A stretch of DNA of 64,000 nt. Origin: Trichosphaerium sp. ATCC 40318 (taxonomy: Eukaryota; Protista; Tubulinea). Location of the stretch: positions 310,001 to 374,000 of the forward strand of contig JALMLS010000577.1 of the NCBI GenBank assembly GCA_038496445.1, read 5' to 3'. The number at the start of each line of letters is the position of its first letter. The stretch's first letter is position 1. The notes below the pieces were generated by a model. That model searched no databases and was not told where the DNA came from. It was given only the letters and a program-made list of their open reading frames with translations. This document shows positions 24,015-37,663 of this stretch, piece after piece. Made by a program: the position numbers and the translations under genes.

Positions 24015-24103
24015 ATTCATTTCAAACAGTAATAAGAAACCAAGTACAGTCACTGTATTAACGCAACAAGGAACCCTTGTTTATGCCCAAACATAAACTT
24101 TCT
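24015..24103. repeat. Short dispersed repeat (second copy at 37664-37751)
   Basis: ATTCATTTCAAACAGTA...CTGTATTAACGCAAC...CCAAACATAAA aligns by eye with 37664-37751. Confidence 0.7.
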
Positions 24104-24612
24104 CTCCTCTAAATAAACTATCCTTGCATGCTAGAGTTCACTCAGTTTTTGAGTTTTTATTTACATTACACCACGATTTCTCCTTTTAAGAAGTCTACAA
24201 ATAGTAGCAACATTCAACAAACGAATGACTACACAACCCGGACACTTGATCTTCGTCATCATCTAGATGTATCTTACAGAAAAGGCACTCGCAATCAGAA
24301 GGCTCATCTTCGGTATTTGTGCACGGGCAACACTAACAACAACAAGCAATCGGCCACACGCAACATAAACAAGTATAAAGCACAACTGGGCCGTGATGAC
24401 AAATACAGCACTCGTACCACTTTAAGTAGTATTTTTTCCTTATTTTGTACAGGACATGCTTTGTAAAGCTCAAAAATAGAGTATGTGAACGTTTTAGACT
24501 AATTTTGACTTGCTTACTCATTTTGCGCATACTCGTTTGCCAAGTTTGTTTTCTCAATTATTTCCTAGTATTTGATTCTAAATTACTTTATTGGTTTTTT
24601 TTTTCTCTTTTT

Positions 24613-26930
24613 CTAACTCCAAACGATTGTTCCAGGTGTACGTGGTGGTGCAGCTGAATTAATGGCAGATTGTCGGGGTAATGAAGGAATAGACGGTGGC
24701 ATCTCTAGAGATGGAGGTTCGTCTTCTAGAGGAGCCACACCGCTCATATTGGTTAGAACTGTTTGGTCTAAAGCGATAGAGCCTTGAGCATTATTATGCG
24801 GATGTCTTTGGGCGAATTTCTTCTGTCTCTTCGCCTCCCTTCTGGAGCGTGTTAAGAAGTAGACGATCATGATAATGATCGATGTTAAGATTATTAGAGC
24901 TACAATTATCCAAATCCATATTGGAAGAGGTTCTTGACACTCCTCTACAGTAAAGAAGATGGCTACCATTTTCTAGAGCAAGAGTCAACAAAAAAAAAAA
25001 CATGCGCGTAGTTGATTTTTGTCTACTTACACCTATAACCTTTAGTTCTCTTGTTTCTTTAATACAATCTGTCCTTTGTATGACTTGTTTAAACTCTGGA
25101 AGCTCGAATGTACATGATTCATTCGCGAAATGAACCAGAGATACTATTTGTTGATCTTGTCCTATGAAATCATCACCAATGGTGATATTTAGATTCGATA
25201 TCTCTAAACAATCGTTTGTCTACAATAAAAAGTGTCAAAATAAAGACTTAACTACATTGTTTAAGTGAGATTTCTTTCGTACAGTTATGTTGATTGAAGG
25301 CAATTCTACATTAGTGTCTATAGCAAACACAAACGTCTTATTTCCAAAGTTTACATTATGACTTAAAATTATAGGTCTAGCTATAGTAACTACTTCATCT
25401 GAACACACTGAAGCACAACCTTGAATGCATCCACATTCATCACAATCCTCGCTGATGCTAGATTTTTTTTAAGAACAAAGACAAAAAATAGAGGTTCGTA
25501 CCAAACTTGTAATAGGTTTTCTGATTCTGGCGACATAGTAGGTTCTGTTGTAGGTACTATTGTAGGTGCTATTGATGTTGGAGATATTGTAGGCGGTGGT
25601 GATGTTGTTGGAGGTGTTGTAGTTGGTGCTACTGTTACCGGTGGCGATGTCGTTGGAGATGCTGTTGTTGGTGCTACTGTTACCGGTGGCAAAGTTGGCG
25701 GTGTTACAATAGCAGTACAATGACCTTGTCTGTTGCCAGGATTTGTTGTACAAACTTGATTGGATGCACATGAAGCTACACAATAGCTCGCTAAATCATT
25801 AACCATTGAGAGGGCACTACAAAAAAAAATTAAGAACAACGTAAGTTGCCATGTCTGTACTTGTAGTATTCCAAATTGCTCATGAAATTTTGCTCAGAAA
25901 CTATCTCCCCACTCGATACTATGAAAATGGCACTGCCAGGAGCCAACAAGGTCATTGAAGATACAGTTATATCGATACCAACTAGACCAGAACTAGGTGG
26001 TGCCGCAGTGAAGGTATCGTTGTTTAGCCTATTGTTATGTTATATATTAATATATTAAAGGCAAATACATACTCTATAACACCACCCTCTATTGGAAGTT
26101 GGATAACGTCGCCATATAGCATTCCTCTACCAAGTACTGGAGATGATATACTAATTATCCGCTCTTGTATGCCTTGAAGTGAATACACGGATAAGCTATG
26201 GTTTTCAGCTCTTTCAGTTGTAATATATAATTCCTCATTCCCTAAATTAACCATTACTATTAATAACAAGTTAAATTGAAACAAAACAATTTAATGACAA
26301 CTTGCGTATCATAATTCTTCCTGTTTGCACTGAATTGGAAAAAGGCAATTCCCAACTGGTAACATTTTGGTGCTCTACTACATCTCTAGTACTAAGTCAG
26401 TACGCTATGCAGTAACTATACTATTAATTGTACGCGTTTTTGTCCACCAGTAATGTGTGCTTGTACAGAGTACTCCCAATCGTAGTGTAAAAATACCATG
26501 TGTTATCTTTCAGATGCAACGTAAAGCACTCAGGCTTGCCATCCAGTACAAAAACAAGTTTAGCTTCATTTGAGTCTAGGCGCGCATGAGTGATAACATG
26601 ACTTACCTGTCGTACCATCAGTAATATTTAATCGTTTAACGTCATATTCGCTAGCGTTAAGATTATTTGGTTCGGTAAAGTATAAATCGCCTAACTATCT
26701 TAGCATGTTCAGTGTCTTTAATTCGTACCTAAAGGACCAAACTGTAAACAATCGCAGGAAGTAACATTATTGGTGGTATTAAACGCTGTAACCAAGTCTT
26801 TTTCGCTATCTACCATCAGGATACCTCTATTTTCGGTGCTGATGAACAACGACTGAGCAGCGTTTGTTAAATTGGCATGCACTGCAGCCAACACGCAAAA
26901 AAAGGCAACGCAGTACACTTGCCAAGCCAT
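24613..26930 (-). CDS. Type I membrane glycoprotein with signal peptide, extracellular domains, Pro/Thr linker and TM helix (multi-exon)
   Basis: MAWQVYCVAFFCVLAAVHA signal; Cys module followed by PTT-rich stretch (25390..25839); TM IWIWIIVALIILTSIIIMIVYFL then basic RSRR. Confidence 0.6.
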
Positions 26931-27063
26931 GTATGTAACCCCAATATGCGCTGCGTACTCAGTACACAAAATATAAGTTAAGGAGGCTTTATATCTGCTT
27001 AAATCAACATTGCGTTGCTATGTTATGTACACTATATCTTCTTACAACTTGCTAACACATTCC

Positions 27064-28966
27064 TTACAGTATAGACTTTAACTTCTTTTTTCGCTCACGA
27101 ACATAATCTTCTGGTAAGTCGAATAAAGACGCATCAATATTATCTCTCTCCTCATAATTCAAGAACTGAACTACTGCAAATACTGTTGGAAATACAGGCA
27201 CTTCTAAAAACAAAGAATGATCAGTTCTGAAGGTTTGTTTTTTTTCTTCCAAAAAACGCTCATTTGGTATATAAATTAACAAAACGTACCGAGTTTGACA
27301 GGGAATAAGCCATCGTCAGGTAAAAGTTTTATGAAATCGGCAACTTTCTTAAAATGTTTCTGTGTAGGGGAAAGGCATTCAAAAATAGGTAAAATATCAT
27401 CTAGCGTCCGTGGAAACTCATCTGTAAGGAAAACGGTCCCTTTGAATTTTTTGTCACGTAGTTGAACACTTTCGTTTTTGTAGAGTAACGGCACTTCGTT
27501 GTCTGTGCCCTTCTAAACGCCAATAAATACGTTACAACTACTTTGCGGTGTTTTTCGAAATGAACACAACGAAAACCGAAAAAAAAATACCGTACCGCCA
27601 TATACTCATCAAAATCCCACCCTGTAAGATCGTCACCTTTTGAGTTGTTAATTTTTACGCGTTGTGAAGACTCCTTAACATCGCTTTGTAAAGTACAAAC
27701 ACGTTGCTGGACGCTACAATACGCGTTAGTAAACCATGTAGCAATATAGGCAGTAACAAATAGATTCGCTAGTTTCAAATACGTACTGGTACACAAGACC
27801 ATCCACGGCATACAATTTAGCACCAAAGTCGCCAACGGAACCCGTTTTGTGGTATCCTCGCCAAGTTTTACTCGGCTGCGCAAGTAAGCAAAAATACATG
27901 CCAAAAAAATAAGTTTGAGGTGGACGTACAGAGATTGTAATTTCTTTAGTATGTGCCCTTGCATGCATGAGTTGTTGGTGCATAAGCTCCTCAAGTTCAT
28001 GCTCCGTAACTGAGTGCTGTTTAGGCTTGATACCCATAACTTTATCATATTTCTTTTGAATGTGGTCTACAATATACAAGCCATCGACAGTACCTTTATA
28101 AACCTTTCAGGTCGGATATTCAAGTGAAAAAAAAAGAAGAATAATTTTTCTGTACCGTCATCCTCCGTTTTTAACAAAATACTTATCTTGCCTCGTAACC
28201 AACGCATATTTTCAAAGCCTAGAAGGCAATAAATAAGAATTAAAGGAACATCAACAAAATTCTCAATCAAACGGTAACATACCAATTAATTGCGTGTCAA
28301 CACGGAAACAATTACCGCGCTTCCAAATAGAATAACTAAACATCAAAATGATTAGTTGGTTTCATTTTTGAGACGCTACATGTGTCAAAACTTTTGTTCT
28401 TCTCGTACGTGTCGCAAGGGCAAAAATGCGATACAAAGGGGATCCATGATTTGAATTCCCATTTCAGTTCCATGTAAAAATCTGGCATCTAGAAGATAGT
28501 TTTAATTAATTGTTTTATTGTACTAAGCGGGCTATATTAATGTACTACGTACGCTTCCAAGTGTTTTTACGGCTTGTGGTATTTTTGTGCCGTAATCTTT
28601 GTACAATACGGATTGAAATGCCGTGTATACTTCTCGCACAATGTCCTTAGAGCCTGTAGCCAAAGACTGACCACGTAAGCATGGGGTTAAGTAATTATTG
28701 TGCTAACGGACCTGCATTACCGGAGACCATCCGCCAGCTGCCTTGGATAGAGGGTCGGCGCCTTTTTCAAGCAAGAACTTTACTACTTGACGCTTCTTTT
28801 GATAAATTGCGTGATGTAACAGGCCATTCTTGTGCTTGTCCTTAACGTTTACATCGAAATTTGGCTGTGCGCTTATCTCTTTAAATTTTTGCGTAAACTC
28901 CTCGTTTGTGCCTTGACAAACGGCTCGAAATAGTGGTTCGTAATTTATTTGTGTTGGTTCGCTCAT
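27064..28966 (-). CDS. ANKRD13: Ankyrin repeat domain-containing protein 13 family (multi-exon)
   Basis: N-terminal ankyrin repeats (LLHHAIY...LLEKGAD), [15 protein letters not shown], and C-terminal [12 protein letters not shown]...[13 protein letters not shown]...LFDLPEDY. Confidence 0.85.
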
Positions 28967-29421
28967 TTTGTTTGCTTACGCATTTATTGACGCAGCGCTT
29001 TCCAAAATATTTAAACGAAAAACCGCCACAAATTCAACGCGATTCACGGAGCGTTACGCGTAGCGACAGAGTGGCGAGTAATAGGTTTACAAAAGGTAAG
29101 TACAACAGTTGGTAAATTGAAGAAAAGCTGGTCAGTACGAGGCTTCTGGCTATATTACGCATTGCCTAGTACATTGTTAGTAGCCACGCTCGATCCACGG
29201 TGGTAGACGTAGCATGCAATTGCTCGTGAGGTTGTCATAGATTCATTGAACAGTTCAATTTGAGCCCGTGGATAGTCGCACAGGCTCTTAAACTTGCTTT
29301 ATTCTCAGTGTAGAAGCGCTGGCATACTGACGGAACAAATGAAAATAATGACTGACCTTAAGCTATTAAGGAAAGTTGTATTCCACTTTCACAAAGTACC
29401 CAAGTCTCCCACAACACACAA

Positions 29422-29955
29422 ATGACGCCAATAGCACAATACCTCCTTTTAGCCATCATCTGCGCTGTGTTTACTACAATCGCTGCAAAAAACACTACAC
29501 AAACAATGCCTCTGGGCTTCCACGTATCCCCTTCAGAAGTAACTACCAAATATCTTTTGTATTCATGCATCGCGGCATCACATAAAATGCTACGCATGAC
29601 AATGTACAAGTTCTCAAGCGATGATGCATACGATACAATCAAAGCAAAAATGAAGAACGAGGTGTCATTCAAATTGTATCTGTACGTAGATGCAACTGAA
29701 AACTCTAAGGACTCAAAACCAGTCAACAAGCTACTAAAGGAGTTTGGATCGGATAGAGTTACACTTGTTTTCTCAGACGCGAAGAAAATGCACGGCAAGT
29801 TTATGATATTCGATGACGCAACCCTTTGGGTTGGTTCCTCCAATCTTACGGACGGAGGAATGACATCTAACACCGAAACAATTACAATAACAAATGACCC
29901 TTTTTTGGTATCTCAAGCTATTAAAGATCATCAAATGCTTATGAACGACTATTAA
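29422..29955 (+). CDS. Single-domain phospholipase D/Nuc-family (HKD) protein with signal peptide, intronless
   Basis: MHGKFMIFDD...WVGSSNLT...NTE motif (HxKxxxxD-x6-GSxN); hydrophobic N-terminus. Confidence 0.85.
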   Translation: MTPIAQYLLLAIICAVFTTIAAKNTTQTMPLGFHVSPSEVTTKYLLYSCIAASHKMLRMTMYKFSSDDAYDTIKAKMKNEVSFKLYLYVDATENSKDSKPVNKLLKEFGSDRVTLVFSDAKKMHGKFMIFDDATLWVGSSNLTDGGMTSNTETITITNDPFLVSQAIKDHQMLMNDY

Positions 29956-30196
29956 AAAAGGCTCTTGACGTCAAACCATACCAACAAATTGTAGCATAAA
30001 CCAAATTAAAAAAAACCGTTAAACTCTTGATAGACCACGTGTTGTTTATTTATTGGTTGTCAGGGTACCGACACACAGTAGAATTCTAGTGTGTCGCGTC
30101 TCTGAACAGATTAACTTAATCTGCTTCTTCACTAAGGCATTTAACACTAATTTTTTGCACGGCGCGGTATATCGCGCCTACAGAACGAGGTGCCTC

Positions 30197-31199
30197 ATGT
30201 CAGGTACTCATAGTAAGGATTTCGTAACTAAGTAACTAAAATGCGTAATAAAAGGCAAGAGTAAACGAAAGAGGGTACCAGAACTAAAAAGCAATGAAGA
30301 ATTCGAGGATTTAGTATCAGACGACAGTGGGAGGCTGTTTGTTATTTATTTTGTACATTCAACCGATAAGTACGATCAATTGACTTGTTTCTACCTACTT
30401 ACGCAAATACAGACAATGGATGCGAATTTTGGACCCAATATTCCTGTACGTAGTGACACAGGCGTTTGTGTACATTTTAAACGCATCAAAGGGCGCGGCC
30501 TTAAAACTCAAACCTATTTCTGCGTTTATGAAGCTGTTTTCACTCAAATTGCGACCATGGGTCCTCAAGCTACTTTTAAAACAAGAACACACGCTCTTTC
30601 GGCTTGCTGTAGCAAATTAGTATCACGTCACCCTAAAAACAACGCTAGAGGTCTTGGACGTCAGTACAAGGGTGTATACTTCACCAGAGCGCTTCACGAC
30701 AAAATGCCAGAAACAACTAAAACTTACAATGTAACTGAGTTTCCAACGATCATTTATTTCCAACACGGTATGCAATAACGTTATTAAAAGGTGAAAGCGA
30801 AAACAACGCTTTATTGGGTTTCTGATGAGTGTCTACGCGTCAATGTCATATTTATTTGTTTTCACTCCAATCAGTGATCAAACAGCTTGTGGAGTGTATT
30901 GACGCGTTGTAGGTGACGAATTGGATCGTCTTGGACCAGATGAATACACACAGACAGATGTCCTTATAAAACAATACAAAAATCCTATTGAAGAGATGGA
31001 TGAACGCTGGGCTAATTTGATTATCGGATTTTTCGCTTTTGGGGCAATAGCAACAATAGTCCTTGTATTTGTCCCGTCTTACCGTGAATCAGCTTTTAAC
31101 CTTTATAAATCAATTGTATCACCTATGTCGAAACAGGAAATGCGAGGAAAACGCTCAAAAAACCTTTCTGAAGCGAGCTTACGTCGGAATAAACGATGA
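30197..31199 (+). CDS. Thioredoxin-fold-like membrane protein (multi-exon)
   Basis: Exons ELKSNEEFEDLVS..LFVIYF and YNVTEFPTIIYFQHGDELDR; C-terminal TM. No CxxC seen; start uncertain. Confidence 0.5.
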
Positions 31200-31773
31200 A
31201 AAAAAAAAAAAAAAAAGAACAAAAAAATGCACAGAACAGAACAAGGTGTCGTTTGATGTGGATGGAAATAATTGAAGAAATCTATTATTTATATGGATGA
31301 TTGTGGTTTTTGATATGACTTGGGCTCAATCCTTTCTCATAAACCCAAAAGGCAGAAAGCTTGTTATTTCAAAAAAAAAAAAGGAGCTTGACTTTTTTAT
31401 CATTTCTCTCCGTGTACGGTTCGATGAAATTGAAAAAATTGAAAGGTCTTCGTAACAAAAAATGTACAATAAATACAACCACAAAAAGAACTTCAACATT
31501 TGCCAGTTTATTCACGAACACTTTGATAAATCTTTTTTTTTTTTGATCACTATGTCAAAATGCCACAATGTCACAAGTGTCAAAACACTGACAACAATTT
31601 TCCCGCACAAATGCACTCACAAAAACAAGCTTCCTTACTGTACTGTTACACATATTTTAATGCGTTTCTGTGCAGCTGTGAGTGAAAAAAGGAAGCGCTA
31701 AGACCATGTGACTAAAAATGTTAAGTCAGCTTTCTTTCCTTTCCTGTTTTTATTGTTTTATCGTTTGTACAGA

Positions 31774-33848
31774 TGTTAAATTCGCAAGAGAGGTTTCTTG
31801 ATGTTTTTCCAATAACTGAGCGTGCTAAGAAGCTATGGTATCGTGTAAGAGACTTCATGGTAAACGAGGTATTCCCTCAAGAAGATGCGTTCGAAGAGGC
31901 ATTGGATAAACAGAAAACGTACGTATGTTCGTAATGGATTATACTTAACGTATGTAAAAGCCGTTGGCAGGTGCCAGAAATTATGGAGGTACAGAATAGC
32001 ATATAACCACTATTAACGCTAGTAGACGCTCAAAGCAAAGGCAAAAGCACAAGGATTATGGGTAATAACACCAACTGAATAAAACCAACCAAACTGACTA
32101 AAACTAGAATCTGTGGCTACCTAAGTACTCTAAAAAGGGTGCTGGACTAACCAACCTTGAATACGCCCTTATTTGGTAACGTTAAAAACACTAAATGATT
32201 GACATCTAATAAATCGCTGTAGTGAGCTTATGGGTAGATCTCTAATAGGTACAAAAAAACAGCGGCCAACTTTTGTAGTTTTTTACCGACTGAAAATTTT
32301 TCTTTATCAGGTCCGGAAGTTTTCAATTGTAGCGCACCTGATACAGGCAACATGGAGGTTTTGGTACGTTTTTATTTCCCACATAGTATAGTTCTAACAT
32401 ATTACACCGGTTAGGAGCTTTATGGTAACGACTGCTTCGGATGAGGCACTTTTTTTTGTTTGGTTAACAAACTGACTAAAATCAAGGAAATGAGGAACAA
32501 AAAAAAAGATTTCTTGAACCATTGCTCGAAGGAAAAATCCGATCTTGCTTTGCTATGACAGAACCTGATAATGTAAGTAATCAACTAAGTGATTTTAAAA
32601 GCTTATATCTCATGTTATAGGCATGTTCTGATGCTACGAATGTTTCAACAACAATTACTAGAAGAGGTGATCACTACATCATCAATGGTAAAAAGTGGTG
32701 GACGAGTGGCGCAGGAGGTACGTTTTAAAGAGTGTGGTTTCGAGCTCTCTAAGAAATCTTGAGTAAGAGGCTTGTTTTAACCAAATTTTGGTTAGATCCT
32801 CGTTGCAAAGTAGCTATTTTGATGGGCAAGACTGATACAACACAGCACCGACATAAGCAACAATCTATGATTATTGTGCCTATGGATACTGAAGGTGTTA
32901 AAGTTATCCGATCTCTTAACGTATTTGGTTATGATGATGCGCCTCATGGCCATTGTGAAGGTGAGTGCTTTTCTCTGAAGAAAAATACGAATTCGTATTT
33001 GTGTTTTGGTTCTCGTTTTTTTCTTGTATTTATGACTGTATTAGTTCACTTTACCAACGTGAAGGTACCTGTAAGTTACCTATTGCTTGGTGAAGGACGT
33101 GGGTTTGAGATCGCACAAGTATGGACCGAAAAACACGAGAGAGTGACTTAAGTACTAACTTGTTCGCTTAAGGGACGTCTTGGTCCTGGACGTATTCACC
33201 ACTGTATGAGAACTATTGGTATGACTGAAAGATGTTTTGTACGTCATAAAATATTTATTGCTAAGTAGCTCAAAAGCTAAAAAACAGACATAGGAGCTCA
33301 TGGTAAAGCGTATTCATGAAAGAAGAACTTTTGGTAAAAAAATTGCTGATCACGGTACTGTAATGGATGGTGTTGCTAAATCACGTATGGAAATTGACCA
33401 AGCACGTCTTCTTGTTCTTCAAGCGGCACAAAGAATTGATCAAGTCGGTACTAAAGGAGCAAGGTACGAACGACACTCTTTTTGGGTCAGATGTTTCAAC
33501 ACGAACTTAATTGTATTATGATAGGCGAGAGATTGCTATGATCAAGGTTGTATGTCCTAATATGGCTTGCACTGTTATTGATAGAGCTATCCAAGTGCAT
33601 GGTGGTGCTGGTGTTTGCGATGATTTCATCCTTGCACGTGCTTATGCTTCTCTAAGAACTTTACGGTAAGCATTTAGTTTTTTGTTTTTGCCGTTCTTGA
33701 TTGCATTTGAGAAATATTTCGAGGTTTTTATAGTATTTGACAACATGTGTAACTCTTTGTTAGCCTTGCCGATGGACCTGATGAAGTTCATAATCGTACA
33801 ATTGCACGTCTGGAGTACAAAGAATTCTTTAAACATGCCAAGTTATAA
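31774..33848 (+). CDS. Acyl-CoA dehydrogenase (ACAD10/11/IBR3-like), peroxisomal (C-terminal AKL)
   Basis: Spliced motifs [74 protein letters not shown]; ends HAKL*. Confidence 0.9.
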
Positions 33849-34439
33849 AAGTGATGAAAACATAAATATGTATCACAAAACAATAAAAGCTCATTTTCAT
33901 ATTTGTTTTTTTTTTTTTTCAATGTAAATCTCTGTACAAAAAATTCGCTTTGGTCACTTGCAGCATCCTCTAGGCTACTCTAGGTGCATATTAGCATTTT
34001 TTTAAGAGTGTTAACTCCATCAAACACTCTTATTTCTCAAACTCACGTTGGTTATTGGCTTGTGAGTTATTAGTCAAACCAAAAAAAAAAAAGAAGGTAT
34101 TATATTCCATTTCAGTCAAGTTAGTCACGTTGTTATTTCACCAGTTATTTTTCGCTCTGGGAACACTTTGTTTGTGTTGTAGTTTTGGAGCACTTTTAAC
34201 AAAAATAAATGACAAAAAAACTTGTTGACTAACTTGACTGAAACGGACAATATTATCATTTCCTTGCTATTAGAATATTTCCTAAAAAAGAAACGAGAAC
34301 GAACTTGCAAGGCTGTAATATTACTCCATATGTTTTTCTTGTTGTTACAAGCTTGCATAAAGTCATTGTTATAGTTTATTTGTAGGAATCATCTATGTAA
34401 TAAACATAGTTGTTTTACAGATGATTAAAGAACCCTTTG

Positions 34440-35437
34440 TTAATTCTTGTTCAAACGTTTGAGAGCAGCAATTTCTTTCTTATAACTTTCCACTATTTTC
34501 TCGTGCTCTCTATTGTTCTCATCAATCTTGTTCTTGAGGGTTGTTATAGTATTATCTAGCTTCGATACACATTCATTACACTTTGAAAAAGCACGTGTTG
34601 AACACTTCTCTACTCCAAATGTTAAACCAAAAAAAAAAGCAAAAAAAAAACTTGTAACGTTACAATACTCACCAGAACAAAATTGTGAACTGCAAGAATT
34701 GCAATAACCAGTAAGTACTTCATGCATGTCATAACCATCATCTCCTGGTGTGTAGTTACAGCGCCCACATGACCGAAATCTACTACCTAAAAAATAGTTA
34801 AAAACAATTCTTAAAAAAAGAGGATGAAACGTGCATGTAGTACAATCCCAGTCGGCACACTGACTATCATAATTTATACCATCGTTGTACGTACAATCTA
34901 AACAGAGTATACCACTACAATATACTACCATATCCTCATATGTGCGTTCGTATGATACAAGGTTTACGATTGTCTTGTCATCATTAAAACGTCCATCACA
35001 CTCAACACAGTTGCTACACTTTAGAGTAAGGTATCCATCAATAGTACTTAAGAACTTGATAAGACGTACGCAAGGAAAGAGTATTTCCTAAGAGATGACA
35101 TAGTCTCATATTGCTCTGGCAGAGATTGATTTGTGTCTTCCAAAAACACTTCCAACCATGGAGCAACTGATTGTCGTTTTTGATCCCAGTGATCATCAGA
35201 TTGTTTGAGTGAATAAAATTCTTTGCTCAGACACCATAAGCTTGTTGAAAGCTGTTTAGGAGATAAGTAATCGCCAACCATGTACCAAAGCTCTCTCGGT
35301 AACGTGTTCTGATCACCTGTAAAAACGGTTACGAAGAGATAGTTAAAAAGAGCGTTTGTACACTTAGGGCTAGCCTCTTGTTTAATCTTGGAAGGTTTTT
35401 CGCATTCAATAGGTTCAGAACGACGAGGAGATGCCAT
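34440..35437 (-). CDS. F-box protein with Cys-rich region and C-terminal coiled coil (multi-exon)
   Basis: LPRELWYMVGDYL...CLSKEFY...DDHW F-box; multiple CxxC pairs downstream. Confidence 0.6.
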
Positions 35438-35696
35438 GTTGGTTGTTCTACGAAATAATGAAAACTATCAAAAATCAATCATATTGCAATATGCCTTAAA
35501 CGGCTTAAGGATCGGTTTATTTCTCGTAGTAATAGCTTTTCTTTACATCAACGCCGTGACAAATATTTCAACATATTGTTAACGAGAGGGCGAAAACTAA
35601 TACTTCCAGCTGTGAACGTTTTGACACTGTCAATTCACTGAAGTTGAAAATTGCATTGATAAGTCAACGATTGCAAAGCAGAGTGTTTTGAGCTCT

Positions 35697-36006
35697 TCAT
35701 GCAGCCATAAACATGCTATCGTAATATGCACGGTCCAGAGGTGTTTTCAGCACAGAATATGCCCGCTGTACCTAAACACGTTGTCGTTAACTCAAATTAA
35801 GGTTTAAGCTCTCTATATACCCTGTGTAAGTGTTTTTTCTCTTCTCCTTGAACCCTATCAGGGAAATATCTCATAGCTTGTTTTTTGTACGCTTTCCTTA
35901 TTTCTTGATGTGATGCGTTCTTGTCAACGCCAAGGACATCATAAGGGTTGTATTGCTTTAAAAAATCCATTATATTCGGTCCATATACAGTGCCATCGTA
36001 GTCCAT
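35697..36006 (-). CDS. Small J-domain-like protein (HPD replaced by FPD), 2 exons
   Basis: [32 protein letters not shown], intron, then [18 protein letters not shown]. Confidence 0.7.
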
Positions 36007-36213
36007 TTTTTATAGTGGCAATACCATTGTTGACTTTCGACCAGCTTCATTCACTCTCAACAATAAATGTGGAGAAGCAAGAAATGGGTGAAGATTACCA
36101 CTCCACCTATATGTATTATATAATCATTGTAGATGCAATCTAATGACTAGCTGTTATCTGTTTAGGTTAATACAAATCTGGCTATCACTGAAAAAAAACA
36201 GAGGCATATAGTT

Positions 36214-36441
36214 TTAACAAGCTGTATGAACACCAGCAAGTGCTTTGATGCCTGCGTCTGTGATTAGGTCCACAACATCTCTGTTTATATCTACAGTATG
36301 AATACCAGCAAGTGCTCTAACACCTTCATCAGTTAGCTGAATTTGCATCAAACTGTTTCTTAGGCAAATAGCGTGAACACCACCAAGTGTCTTTGTACCT
36401 TCATCGGTAATGTTAACGCTGTCAAGATAAATAGTATACAC
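36214..36441 (-). pseudogene. Degenerate relic of the LAGVHT-type LRR family
   Basis: ITDEGTKTLGGVH, TDEGVRALAGIHT and TDAGIKALAGVHT; no F-box and no intact start. Confidence 0.65.
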
Positions 36442-37663
36442 TTCTAATGTAAAGAAGTGTATACAGCTTTGGTTGCATTTACAGTTGCAAATTCTTAATT
36501 TTTATGAGTTTCAAAAGGTTTTATTAATCTAGTCCAATTTCTTTGTCATCAATTAGTACTTCATCACCGTGTATACTGTCGTCTACTATTAGGCGATCCT
36601 TAGACATGTCACGTGTTTCTTCTTTATACTCAGTAACTACCCATGACAAACATACACAAAAAGACAATAGTATAGATGAAATAATGGTCATAAGATTTGT
36701 TCAACTCTTCAGAAAAGTACTGTCCATCAAGAACCACTGGATTTGATATTGTAAAGAAACTACTATGGAGGATCTACAAAGGGATTACACCATAAAAATA
36801 AGCAAACCAAAGATGACGGTATGTACCTGTAGTACATGAGGTGCTATTTCGATTCTCAAACCTTCAGTATTAGACGTTTTTTAAGGTTGGAACATTCTTT
36901 TATTTTGCAACCAACAAAGAACGCAATGTGTTCCTAATGTTTCTCAACATAGAACAGTATCAAAGAAAGCTCTCACACATTATTCGTGTATGTGGTCTTG
37001 AGGAGAGGAGTTACGTACTGTGGCATTTTGCCTTGTTTCTTGCATGAAGGATATGGGTGTAATACGATAAGTGTCAACGATCTTAGTCTTGTTCGTAATA
37101 ACATGATAAGGTACAGAGAATGTGTATCAGTAAGCTTTATCGTTGTTTAAATTGTTCCCGTTCTGTAGTGCTTGGATATCAATAAAATTACCCCAAGTCG
37201 ATATAAATACAAAACACACTGGCAACAATGATATGCAACCGAGTACAATGATCAACAAGCAACAAAATACAAATGCTGTTGCCTTGATTAAGCGTTAGTT
37301 TATAAACAACTGATCGTTGTTATGTACTGGTGATAAATACATGTATAGCATCCCACAGCTGATTATTGCTGCATTTAAAACCGCCACAAGTATTATTACT
37401 TGAAGAGACTATAATTGCTGTACAAGTATATCTTCCAGGATGCGCAAGAAAGGATTTGTCTGGAAGCATTTTTACTTAAATTGTATCTTTTAAAAAGTCA
37501 CGTGCAGTAAGCATGTTTCATCATGACGAAAGAACCTTTCGCTATTGTCACGTGTCAACACAAAACCAAGGTCACGCCACGCGTGGCAGTGTTACTTAGT
37601 CGAGAAAGCTGAAAATGCTAAGTTTTGAGGAGAATTTGGATATCCATAGGCTCGAGTGTGAGC

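Noticed and set aside
36540-37470. Hydrophobic minus-strand exon-like stretches
   Set aside because: In-frame stops and no recognisable family; no model could be built.
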